A DNA stretch of 64,000 nt, taken from assembly GCA_038496445.1 (NCBI GenBank), contig JALMLS010000015.1, positions 124,001 through 188,000 of the forward strand, written 5' to 3'. Each line of letters opens with the position of its first letter. Within the stretch, counting starts at the first letter, position 1. The DNA is from Trichosphaerium sp. ATCC 40318 (taxonomy: Eukaryota > Protista > Tubulinea). The notes beneath the pieces were generated by a model. It saw only the letters and a list, made by a program, of their open reading frames with translations. It was not told the DNA's origin and searched no databases. Shown here piece after piece: positions 51,716 to 64,000 of the stretch. Both the position numbers and the translations under genes were made by a program.

Positions 51716-52723
51716 TCATACCCAGGCTAATTTATAAAGGTCAATATGTAAAGGAAGTCCCTCTGTTTCAGCATGTGCAATCATGTAATTAACTTGTGCT
51801 GTTTCTGAACCATAGCTATCTTCGTACACAGGAGTTGGTTCCAGAGCACCGTCAAGGGTTTCAAAGTTGTCTAGTAACTTCCATTTCAATCCAAACTCAT
51901 CTAAATCAGCTATAAAATGAGGACGAGCTATTTTAGAGTCACCATGTGAATTACAAACAACGTGAAGATTATTTTCTGGTCCTTTAAAAAACTCGCAATT
52001 TTCGTATCCAACTGGAAACTGTGAGCCTCCAGGGAATATTGGATTATTGTCGTATTCCTTATAAGGAGGTAGCAAAGAGTCAGTGATATTACTATCTGGA
52101 AAATAAGCGCCTTCTTGAGCATCGAGGCGACCTGAAACGCCTTTTGTAAAGTAGATTCTTTTTCCTTTAATTTTCATAATTCTACCACTATCAAGTCTTC
52201 TCGCATTCCAAGCCTGATTCCAAGATGGAGGTTTTCCTGTTGGATAAGCAACAAGACCATGGCGAGTCCAAGGCCCGTGCATTGTTGGTGATGATGCTAC
52301 AAGTTGTGCTGACTCTTGTGTTGATGAATGGTTCTTACCAGTTCCCGTATAAAACACCCAAAACCTTCCGTTATCGTAGATGAGGGATGGCGAAAGCGTT
52401 CCAGCATAGTCAAACGCGTTTTGGTCCGTACTGCGGTTGAATAATAAGCCATGATTTGTCCATTCTCCTGTAACGTTTGTTGCGGAGTAGTAATGTAAAA
52501 AAGCGTTCCATCCACCTGGTGTTCCTTGAGATAACGGGACATAGTCCGTTACATACCAATACGTTCCATCTACGAGTATAACGCTGCTTGGGTCACGCAG
52601 ATGTCCTGTTTTGTCCGCAGCTATCGTTTTAACTCTTGTAAGTGATGGCGTAAGAAAGCACAGATAGCAAGGTATTAACACGAAGAGAATAACACGTGTT
52701 ACACGTAAGAAATGATGCATCAC
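51716..52723 (-). CDS. Secreted five-bladed beta-propeller glycoside hydrolase (GH117/GH43-like); intronless
   Basis: Hydrophobic leader; LRDPSSVI, W..HG...R...AFD...SPSLI...RFWVFYTG, GPWTR, RLDSG, ENCE acidic motifs. Confidence 0.7.
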   Translation of the reverse strand: MMHHFLRVTRVILFVLIPCYLCFLTPSLTRVKTIAADKTGHLRDPSSVILVDGTYWYVTDYVPLSQGTPGGWNAFLHYYSATNVTGEWTNHGLLFNRSTDQNAFDYAGTLSPSLIYDNGRFWVFYTGTGKNHSSTQESAQLVASSPTMHGPWTRHGLVAYPTGKPPSWNQAWNARRLDSGRIMKIKGKRIYFTKGVSGRLDAQEGAYFPDSNITDSLLPPYKEYDNNPIFPGGSQFPVGYENCEFFKGPENNLHVVCNSHGDSKIARPHFIADLDEFGLKWKLLDNFETLDGALEPTPVYEDSYGSETAQVNYMIAHAETEGLPLHIDLYKLAWV

Positions 52724-53124
52724 CGAAAGTCGAAAGGTACAATGACTATTCGTTAAGGGCTAGTGCCGCCCTTAAACATCTCACGACATATTGACATATT
52801 GTGTATTAATCATGATAGCCTTGTTATGTAATTTAGGTAACCGAGACAATAGTAAGTGAAAGTTCATACGAAAAGTAAAAATAACATACCAAAATACTTT
52901 CACAGTACACGTGATTTTCAAGGTAGAATAGTTTTTTTTTGTCAATTGTTCACGTGGCATTAATAACCGTACCTGTGGAATTACCTTATCAATGGTAAAA
53001 TTGTAATAAATGCATGAACTTTCTTCCCTGATTTAGCGCAGTACTCTGCTGTGAAAAGTCCCTTTGTAGTTTTCGTGAACAATAAAAAACTAGTGGTTTC
53101 AATTTAATGAACGATAGGTTTTAT

Positions 53125-55075
53125 TTATTCCTTATAATCATATGCACCCATATCCCATCTTCCTTGATATGGTCTTGGGTTTCCATCTAGAAATAACGTC
53201 AGTATAAGACAACAACAAAAAAAAACAAAGAAACAAAAAATTACCAGCATCTGAGTCAGGTTTCAATGTTTCTTTTCCTGATCCGATTGCTGGGCTACCA
53301 CTCTTAATGTGAAAGTCTGATTTGGATCCATCCATGCCTAAACAAAAGCAATCTAAGCACCAAAAAGAAAGGTACAAAAAAATTGTTAACCTTGCATAAC
53401 GAATAAAGGGTCACGGCCTACAATTGCGTGTGGATCATTTGCATCAAATTTATTCGTATTATAATATAGATTTGTATCGTATACAACAGACGTCACGTTG
53501 TAAACGTGATTACCTAAAAATTAACACGTGTCAGAACGAAAAATACGGAACTGTTGTGCAAAGAAAAAAATCGAGAACATGAGCTTAAATGTGTTCATAA
53601 TAAAATCACCTTTTATATCACTGGATGAAGGTACAGCTATGTTATTTGATAAAACAATACCATCAGAGCTTATTGTAGACAACTCGCCACCATCTGTAGC
53701 AAGCTTGATAAAGAAAATAAGAAAAAAAGTTGGTCATGTTGCTGTTTTTACCTTTGGCGTTTGCAAGTTATGGTAGGCTACGTTATTGAAAATATCAACG
53801 TTGTCAGAAAGGTAAACATGGAAAGCTCGGCCACCGTTGTTAATAGCAATATTGTTCTCAATGAGTGTACGTCCTTAAGAAACAAAGTAAGGAGGGGTTG
53901 TGTTTTGGTTTAAGTTTACCTTTGTAAGGGCCGTAAGGACTATTTGCTTGTGTGTTTTTACTGTCATCAATAATAATTCCATTTCCATCTGTAATTTGAC
54001 CAACTTGATTATGATTATCATAAATGATGTTATTCCTGTCAACAAAGTCACTTTTTTTTTCTACAACATCGAACGAAAAACATAAACGTTAGCATAAATT
54101 GTATACCTGATTATATTGTGGTATCCCTCATTGTAGTCGTAGTTAATATTTTGCCATGTAGATATACCACTTTCAGCATTAGGGGCGTGTTTAGAAGTAT
54201 TATGCACTCTGTTTCCTAAAAATTACTTTGTTGGAACACCTGTTGTTTGAGGCGTTTGCGCACCTTCAATTGTCATGTAGTCACAATGAGCAGAACCAAT
54301 TCCACCGCCACCACAGTCATGCACATGATTGTTAATGATACGAATATGATGGCACTTTCCAGACATATTCACACAATACCCTAAAATGGAAAATCAACGT
54401 TTCGGTCACGTGATTTTTTAATAATTTAAAAGTAAACTTTTCAATTGCGTAAGCTGCTTTATCACGTGCCTGTACTTGTACCAGGTCTTGCAATTATCTC
54501 AAAACCGTTTAGTTCAATGTAATGTGCTGTATAGATATTTATGACGGCATACGAAGCTAACACAATAAGTCACCACATGCTAAGTCTTTTCTGTAGTAAT
54601 ATGTACAAGGTCCGGCAATTATTGTTGGTCTAGTCCCAGGATAAGCTTTGTAAGTCACCCACGCGTCCTACCGCATGTTAACAAGAGAATACTATTGTTG
54701 GAACAACTATAACATTAACAGCTAGTAGAAGGCCGTACACTTGTACCAGAACCCTGAGATGACGTAATACTTGGTCCAAGATCGTACGAATAAGTGCCTT
54801 CTTTAACGTAAACGGTATCTCCTGTAATAGGTATTTAATAGCGTAAATACAGCAAATGGAACAATTATTACCTGGTTTAACCATCGATATCGCTTTTGGA
54901 AGCGATTTCCATGGCGAGGATTCAGAACCCGAGTTGGAATCTTCACCATTTGTTGCGACGTAGTATGTCATCGTAGAGACTGAAAAGAAAAGCATAAGAA
55001 GGTATTAAAAAGTATTGGTAGCGTGCCTATGACGACTTGCGCTAGTAGCATAAAAACACTAATTTTACGAATCAT
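53125..55075 (-). CDS. Secreted DUF1565 / right-handed beta-helix (pectin-lyase-fold) protein
   Basis: YYVATNGEDSNSGSESSPWKSL...VKPGDTVYVKEGTY; HHIRIINNHVHDCGGGGI; ITDGNGIIID; C-terminal DFHIKSGSPAIGSG...DMGAY. Confidence 0.8.
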
Positions 55076-55254
55076 CGTGGTATTTGTGTTGTGTTAGTAG
55101 GCCAACAATATAAATGTGAGACTTGTTGAGACTGTAACGTTTTTTTATTGTTAATGATGATCTCTGAGAGCTTGTCTAATGAACAAAAGTGACTTGTTGA
55201 GCACGTACATGAGCAACTGAGAGGATGGCAAGCTGTAAAAAATACTTTGATTTA

Positions 55255-56468
55255 TCACGTTTTTTGGGGCGGTGCCAAAGAAGCACTGAATACAGTGACT
55301 GCCTTGCCAGATAATGCTACTCTGTTTTCGTCTTCACCAAGTGCAACACGTACAAAACCTCCACGGGCCGATGCCTGATATCCAATCAACTCAGTTTTAT
55401 TAAGTCGTTTTCCCCAAAAAGGTGCCTGTTGTTTGTTAAGGAATTTGCTTTATAGTGCTTTACTTACTAAACCTGTATGGGTGCTTCCTGTAACAGGATC
55501 TTCTGCATCATCACATGTGCGTGGAGAGAAGAATCTAGATACAAAATCATAGTCTAAGGAGAACATTTAACTGTTTTTAATCTAATTAATTCCGGCTTAC
55601 CCTTCTGATTCTCTTTGTCCGCTCTGGCTGTTACAACAATCCCTCTAGCTTCAATACTTTCTACCACTTTTAAGTCTGGTTCAAGGTCTCGAACGTCTGT
55701 TTCATTGGGCAACATCACGAACATGTCATCAACATTTTTTTCAACTTCCAAAAACTCAGGCCCATTAAGTGCATCTTTAAGCTACAAGAAAGTTTAAATA
55801 CTATATGACGTTCACATGATATGATAAAAGAAGCTTACATTGATTGGCGCCTCAATTGCTTTTGGTGTCTGACGTGGAAAGTCCTGAAAGCAATCAATTC
55901 GGGGTTGTTCTGAATTTTGTTTAAAACTGTTAACAGTACCATTGTTATCCAGCCATCGTCACTTTTAGTGCAAGATAGAGGACCCCGCAATCTACAGGAA
56001 GTAAACTTTAAACAAGACTCCAAGGTTTAAGCGGATAATCAATGAAATCGGATTTTTGAAAAGTTTTTTGAAAACTTGCCTTGTTTGAAAATCAATCCTG
56101 TTACTACTAACAAATCCTTCAGACCATAGAATGTGTGCTGTGGCAAGTGTTGCATGCCCACACAGTACTTCCTAACAAAAATAAACGTCTAAAACATGTC
56201 ACTGAGCTCATTACCTCAGAAACAGCCGTAAACCAGCGTATATGATATCCTCCGTCCTTATTTTCCCACACAAACGCTGTTTCTGGTTTATTCATCTCAA
56301 GCGCCACATTTTGCATCCAAGCATCTGGAACCTAGCTTACCACATAAAAAATTAATAAACAAGAGGATCTATAACCTTATTCTTTGCAATCACGACTGCG
56401 GCTGGATTGCCTTTGAAAATAGTTGTAGTAAACGAATCAACCAAGAAGAGAGGCAATCGTGAAGACAT
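55255..56468 (-). CDS. PhzF/PBLD family isomerase
   Basis: VDSFTTTIFKGNPAAV, EMNKPETAFV, IRWFT, LCGHATLATAH, DFVSRFFSP, EDPVTG, YQASARGG, VALSGKAVTV. Confidence 0.9.
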
Positions 56469-56863
56469 TGGCACAATAAGGTTACAGTAAGTACACCTTA
56501 TTCAATGAACAACAGAATACTAACTACAGTCAAGTCAGTCGATTTTCTAGCATGTACTGAGGCTTTAACTCATCGTGTATAAAGCCTTTAGCGAACAAAA
56601 TCTGTTCTGCTGTAGCATTACAATATGCTAAAACTGGGCAATTGATTACAATTGTTGTTTTTTTATTATTTTAGTACATTAGTCTCACCCTACCTGTGCA
56701 GGCGAGCATTTTTCTTTGGTTTTGCATTTTCCTTGCAAGTCAATTCTACCTGTATTAGTGGTCCATAAACCTGGTGTCTTTTATCTCTTCGTTTTCTTTT
56801 CTTTTCATTTTTCTGTTTTGTTTCTTTTTTCACGTGTTTCAAATTAATTTGTATTTTTTCTTG

Positions 56864-57211
56864 CTAGCTTCTCGTTGTTGCTCTTTGTGTTGTAATCATG
56901 GCATGAACTTGCTCGCATTGAGTTCGTGTCATGACACGGCTCATGGCTCTTTCGAATACCATGACACCATCTCCGCAATAGGCAGAGCACATTATGGCTA
57001 CTTGGACTTGATTCGCTGGGTCAGCTATTGTGCTAACTATCTTTTCGCATTGGATTGCTGGTATCCTTTCCTTTTGCTTTGTTATAGCACACCTGGCGTA
57101 GACTGCTTGGTATGTTATTGGTGCTTTTCGTATGTGGCGTATAATTGCTTTTACAGCCCTTTTACTTGCTTTACGCATGCCTTTTTTGACATACATACCG
57201 TGTGTGGTCAT
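56864..57211 (-). CDS. Hypothetical basic protein
   Basis: 115-aa ATG-initiated ORF, less AT-rich than its flanks; no recognisable motif. Confidence 0.3.
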   Translation of the reverse strand: MTTHGMYVKKGMRKASKRAVKAIIRHIRKAPITYQAVYARCAITKQKERIPAIQCEKIVSTIADPANQVQVAIMCSAYCGDGVMVFERAMSRVMTRTQCEQVHAMITTQRATTRS

Positions 57212-57808
57212 GTTTATGTTTGTTATGAGATAATGATTACCAAAGCCAAGCTTTTTATCACATAACTTCGTTACTGTAAAAAAAAATCACAAGATGCTCT
57301 GTAAGTTACTGATATGATCATACTACCCAAAGATACACTTCCCTATTGTGTAGCTATTTATATAAGGCATTGATACTTGGACAACTTGTATGAGAAGCTT
57401 CGGTGAAATGTAAAAAAAACACGTGTATTTGTTTTCCGTAAGCAAGGTACAGTTTTCTTCCGTGACTTTTCTCCGTTAGTGGCGTATGACTCCTTAGGTT
57501 TTTAACTCTACAGAGAGCCCTGAGAATTGTTTGTTTTTGATTAGGCTAATTAGTATTATGGTAATCAGTTCACCCTCCGAAAATACTGGTTTTAATCGAA
57601 ATAACGTAAGGTGGAATAAAACAAGAGTTAGATTTGAATGTATAGAACTGTACCTTCCTTCTTTAAGTTTTCTTGTTACGAGGATTCTCAACGTATGAGG
57701 GTAAGTTTGTAAAATGATAGACAGTCTTTGTATTTGTCATGACGTTTCAATTGTTTGGGCAAGTGGATAAATACAAGGATGATTTTTTTATTGCCGTTGC
57801 TCACAACT

Positions 57809-59258
57809 CTACGCGAAGAAGCTACTTGCTTTATCTGCTTTTTGTGAAGCAATCTCAGAAGCACATTGATGAGCGAATCTCAAAGATCTTTTGTCGCCAG
57901 TAAGTTTGTTACAGCTTGTGGAAGAAAATTAACATAAACATATTTATAGCGTAAAAAATGGAAACAAAAGAGCGTACTGAATAAAATGTTGTTTAGCCGC
58001 TTTATAATTTTTAAGTCCCATCCAAGCCTCTCCCAATCTACTATGTGCTTTTCCATGATCACCATCAACCTTCAAAATCTACAAATGATAAGTTATCAAA
58101 GAAGCTTTGATGTTCTCAACTAAAACCAAAAATGCCAAAGATTTAAGTCAATCGTTTTGAGCTCAATGTCCTTTACTAGCTCGTGGTGTATCTGAAATTG
58201 ATCGAATATGTTTCGTTTATATTGTAGATATAACTTACTTGCTCACAAGTTGTGACAGCTTGAGTGTATTCTTGTAACTTTAAGTGAGAAAACGCCAAGT
58301 TTGACCATAAAGGAAGTTTAAACAAACTAATACGTTTACTCTCTTCTTCCGTCAAGCCACGCATGTTAGAGAACCTAGAAAGAGCCTATATATACTGTTA
58401 GATATAAATTTTCACTATATACAAGCACAGAAGCCAGTACAAGGCGGTAAAAGTGAGTTCAAACCAAAACTCTGGTTGAAAAAAAACTATGTTGAAGGAG
58501 TACCTTGTTGTAACATTCTTTTGCTTCTTTCCATTTCTTCTCCTTTACAAAACCATTTCCACTAGCTTTATCGCTCAATGCGATACCTTCACGTTCTTCT
58601 ATTGAAAGAACTTGATTTGATTGTAGATCACTACAAGAAAGCAATTCAACCTCGAATATCAGCTCTTGATTGCCAGGTACAGCAGGCGGAAAGCCAAGTC
58701 TAGAATATGTGTTACAAGAAGAGGAGTAATAGAGCTGTCAAGCTGCGCTTGGAAGCAAAAGAAATGGCAGAAAAAACGCACTTTCCCCAAGTCAGAGAAG
58801 GATCAGCTTTAAACATTGAAACCTCTCCTGTTTGCATAGTAGCTACTCCTTTATCCAACGCTTCAACAATTGAACCTAAAAAACAAAGACGTTATTATTT
58901 TTCAGTAAACTGCTTAAAATGATGAATAGTTGTTTGATTTGTACCATCACCAAGCGTAAACGTCACAGGCTCGCCTGATTTATCGAATTCTGTGCCATTT
59001 AATAACATTCCTCTATATTTTACTACAAAATGTTTGTAAGCTTAATTTGATGCGTAGGGAGCGTCGTTATTAAATAATAAAATAAAAAATGCGTACTCTC
59101 AACTTGTTGGCCCAGAACAGCCTGTGGGGCAACTCCTTGAGTCTTCAACGCCTTTGAAAGACCATTTTGTATCTACTACGCATTAGAAAAACCCAAACAG
59201 TCCACCAATCAACCTCTGTCCAAGAAACATTCGCGTCAACTTCCATAGGGTCTTCCAT
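57809..59258 (-). CDS. FKBP-type peptidyl-prolyl isomerase with TPR domain
   Basis: YRGMLLNGTEFD, FTLGDG, ALDKGVATMQTGE, GFPPAVPGNQELIFEVELL; TPR segments KASGNGFVKEKKWKEAKECY, SNLAFSHLKL, KAHSRLGEA. Confidence 0.9.
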
Positions 59259-59349
59259 CTTGACCAACTTGGTTTCTCTCTGTAACAAACAACAATATTC
59301 AACGAAAGTCAGATAAACAACAAAGAAGGAAGTGGTTACAAAAAATTAT

Positions 59350-61605
59350 TTATTGTTGAGCAAGGGCAGAGAAATATGTCTTTACAGCATCAAGATAAGT
59401 AGTTCTGGCATGCATAGCCTTTAGTACAGTGGCATATGACCAAGTTAAATCAGTAGCACTAAATAACACATGAGAATGAAAAAATTGGAACATACTGGAC
59501 TCGTACCTAGTTGGTACTCCTGTGTTTCTATCAAGTTGTTCTGGAAGGTGGAACCCGTATTTTTCTACGTGGTATCTGATACGGTACAATACAGCATCTC
59601 CTTGGTTAGCCAAAAGAGAAGCAAACTCAAGGTGAGAGTCAATAGTGGCTTCACTATCAAGTCCAAGAACGTCACGCCAAACAGCCATGTCTTTCTCTTT
59701 TGGAATTACTTGTTCTTCGAATGCTTGAGAAGCTCCACGGTAAAATACTTGGGCCAAAGCACCAGAAGTAAGAACCCCTTAAGTCACGTGAGTAATGAAG
59801 ACTTTCAAAGAAAAAACAGTGCAAATGTGGACGTACAAGGATTGCCTCCAGCATAGTGATCACCCTCGTATCTGCCGTACATTACACCAGGAATACCATT
59901 TTGAGTATCTTGACGGTTGATGGCGAACATAGTGTTGAACAAAGTTGTAAGAGTTGAAATTGTACCGGCTACTTTAGGTCCAGTTGGTGGGAACAAATCA
60001 CCAGTGTATCTAAATTACGTTAGAAAGCGTAAAGCTATAGGAAATACAAGTACCCATCATTAAAGGCGACGATGACTGCACCATCTTTTTGACGATTAAC
60101 AGACTCAAAAACGAACTGTCCGTTCCAGTGATCGTTAAGATTGCCTTCGATGTCTTTTGCTGCAGAAGTGTATCTTGCAGCGCTTGAGGAGTCACCCATC
60201 TTAGTAGCAAGAGCAGCACCTATAAGCAAAGCACGACGTTGGTTGAATCTGTTCCAGAAGAAATCTTCACTGTGAACTTCTTCCCATAGATCACAAGTGC
60301 TCGATTGGTAGCTTGTCAACACAAAATCAAGGTCGTATTTGATAGCGCCACCATTGTACGAACTGGTTCCTGTCCACAAATACTGCTTTACGTAAGCTTG
60401 AGAAGCAGAAGATCCTTCAGCCATGAGGTTGTTGGCAAAATCAGTAAGGGTAGCAGCACGGAGTGCAGGACCATCATTCTGAGGTCTGCACCAGCCTCCA
60501 GTGTATGGACCACCATCTGGCAAGATGAATTTTGGTTCCTCACCTTGGATATCGATTAGTTGAATACTTTAGAAAGGTATGGGAAGGTATGTAAGGTACA
60601 GAAAGGTACTCCGAAAAGTTTTCTCAAATCTAAAGTTTTAACGTAAAGTGGTAACACGTCACGTGCGTGAAAAGTTATTTTTCATTGTAATGTGACATTG
60701 TTTTGGTTTTGTGCATTAAAAAAGAAGTTCCGTTGATAAAATTGGGAACTGTATGCATAAAAGTGCGGGCAAATAGTACGTACGAACATCGATGCCGTTA
60801 GGGTCATTTAGTACTTGTTTTCTAAGTACCCATTGGGTGTAATCCTTCATTTTTGGTTCGTAAGTTGTAAAATCTGTCAATATCATTAAAGCTCTCATTG
60901 TTAGAGCGCCATCACGCATCCAGTGGTAATAGTAACTACCACCTGGAGTATTGTTATCGGGGCTAGCAACTACACCTCCCTTTCCTAAAACCAAATTGAG
61001 CAAACCAGGTAAAACAATAAAAATAAGGAAAGAAGACCAACTTTGTGTATCGAAAAGTTAGCTAAGAAAAAAAAAACTACAAAGAGTTTCAAAATAAACT
61101 AGGAGGTACCTTGGATATCAATGTTAGCCAAGAAGAATCCCATCATTGTGTTTACTTCACTGGTATTGAAAGGTGGTCCGGATGGAATAGGTACAGGAGC
61201 AATTGGTGCCTGAGCTGGGTGATAACACCATGGGATGGCTGAGTTATGACTAAAAAAAAAGACTTTGTGTAAGTAAAAGAGGAAACAAGTGTGGACGAAA
61301 TTCTCAAGGCGCACAAACGATTTTAGCGAAAGCGGAGCAATTTTACGTAATAATTTCAAATGTAGAAATTTCTGCGTACCCTTCTGGTACCCAGCAGCAT
61401 CCAGACGCCAAACATTGTTGTTGTGTAGTGCCTGAGTGCCCGCAGTCAATTTTAGAGGCATTTGCCACTTGACAGTTCATTACGTCATTACTAGGCCTAG
61501 CGCTACTATAATAGGCCATTAATTAGAAAAATAACTGTAGATATGTACGTACGAAGTGCTAATCGCTAGTAACAGCACCGCCACAAGAAGAGTTGTTCTT
61601 ATCAT
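59350..61605 (-). CDS. Secreted GH15 glucoamylase with N-terminal trefoil (P-type) domain
   Basis: Signal peptide; CQVANASKIDCGHSGTTQQQCLASGCCWVPEGHNSAIPWCY; GH15 motifs VVASP, YYYHWMRDGAL, GEPKF, WCRPQNDGPALRA, DLWEE, GRYEGDHY, LPEQLDR, LTWSYA. Confidence 0.9.
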
Positions 61606-62295
61606 CGTTGTTTGGTTAGTTTGTAGTTCTCAGGGAGGACTTAACGTGAATTCGTTCAAAACCAGTCAGCACTGAGCTAAAAAGGCAGTGTTTCTAAATC
61701 TAGGTGGAAAAGTCTTCTGCAATTGCGCGTCTACAACCAACCTCAAGCACTTACTAATAACCCCCTTGCGCACGTGCTTCCTTAGAGCAAAATGCTTCCA
61801 AAATAATATGCTGTACTACGCTTGGAGTGCACTCAGGCTTTATGAATACATAGTGTAGGACCACCAAGCGAAAGCAAATGCTTCGCTTCAAAACTTTTTA
61901 TGTTACACATTTGTAATGTTTCCAACGCCACTAAACCAAGTGTAACATTACCTAAACGTCTCTTGAAGCAGTAAATGGCATAATATCGTGCAACAGAACG
62001 GTTTGGTGTTAGTCAAAGATGTAGTGCTTTTTGCAGCGCAAATATTGAATACATTACCAACTTGCGTACAAATATAGCTACAGGCGCAGTTTAGCGTTCC
62101 GTTAACAATATTCTACGCAATGCGCCTGCTGCACACTAAAAACAAACTCTGCTATACTATCTCCGCTCAAAAGGCCTTTAAAAAAACAAACGCAAAACAT
62201 GGCACTTAAGGCACAGCGAAAACTCTAAAAATTTGGAAAACGCAGGTCGCAGTCCCAGCCAAGAAAAAGACTAACATCAACTAATCTTAGGTAGC

Positions 62296-64000
<1,705 letters not shown>

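Overview
This is gene-dense, AT-rich eukaryotic DNA, not bacterial. The supplied ORF track is fragmented by many short GT-AG introns (often about 40-60 nt, frequently with a GTACG donor and a CTAAC-like branch point), so gene models were rebuilt by hand across splice sites and their boundaries are approximate. The gene mix (Zn2Cys6 factor, family-3/class C GPCR, LRR and Cys-rich surface proteins) suggests a free-living protist, possibly an amoebozoan (inference). About 25 genes are supported. Housekeeping genes include MCCC1-like, MFAP1, PSMD14/Rpn11, U2AF2, an FKBP-TPR, a GST and an EF-hand protein. Several enzymes belong to largely bacterial families: two SnoaL-like paralogs, an amidohydrolase-2, an HD hydrolase, a GH117-like propeller, a DUF1565/pectin-lyase-fold protein and PhzF. 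The standout is an intronless 651-aa gene (33047-35002, minus) fusing a PstS-type phosphate-binding domain, with its ligand residues largely intact, to a class C 7TM domain: a candidate extracellular phosphate-sensing GPCR. Other oddities are a 14-residue Cys-repeat mini-protein missed by the ORF track, a predicted secreted GPI-anchored C2-domain protein, a trefoil-GH15 fusion, a protein built from four tandem ~230-aa domains, and strong enrichment of the CACGTG motif. No rRNA, tRNA or CRISPR array could be supported.
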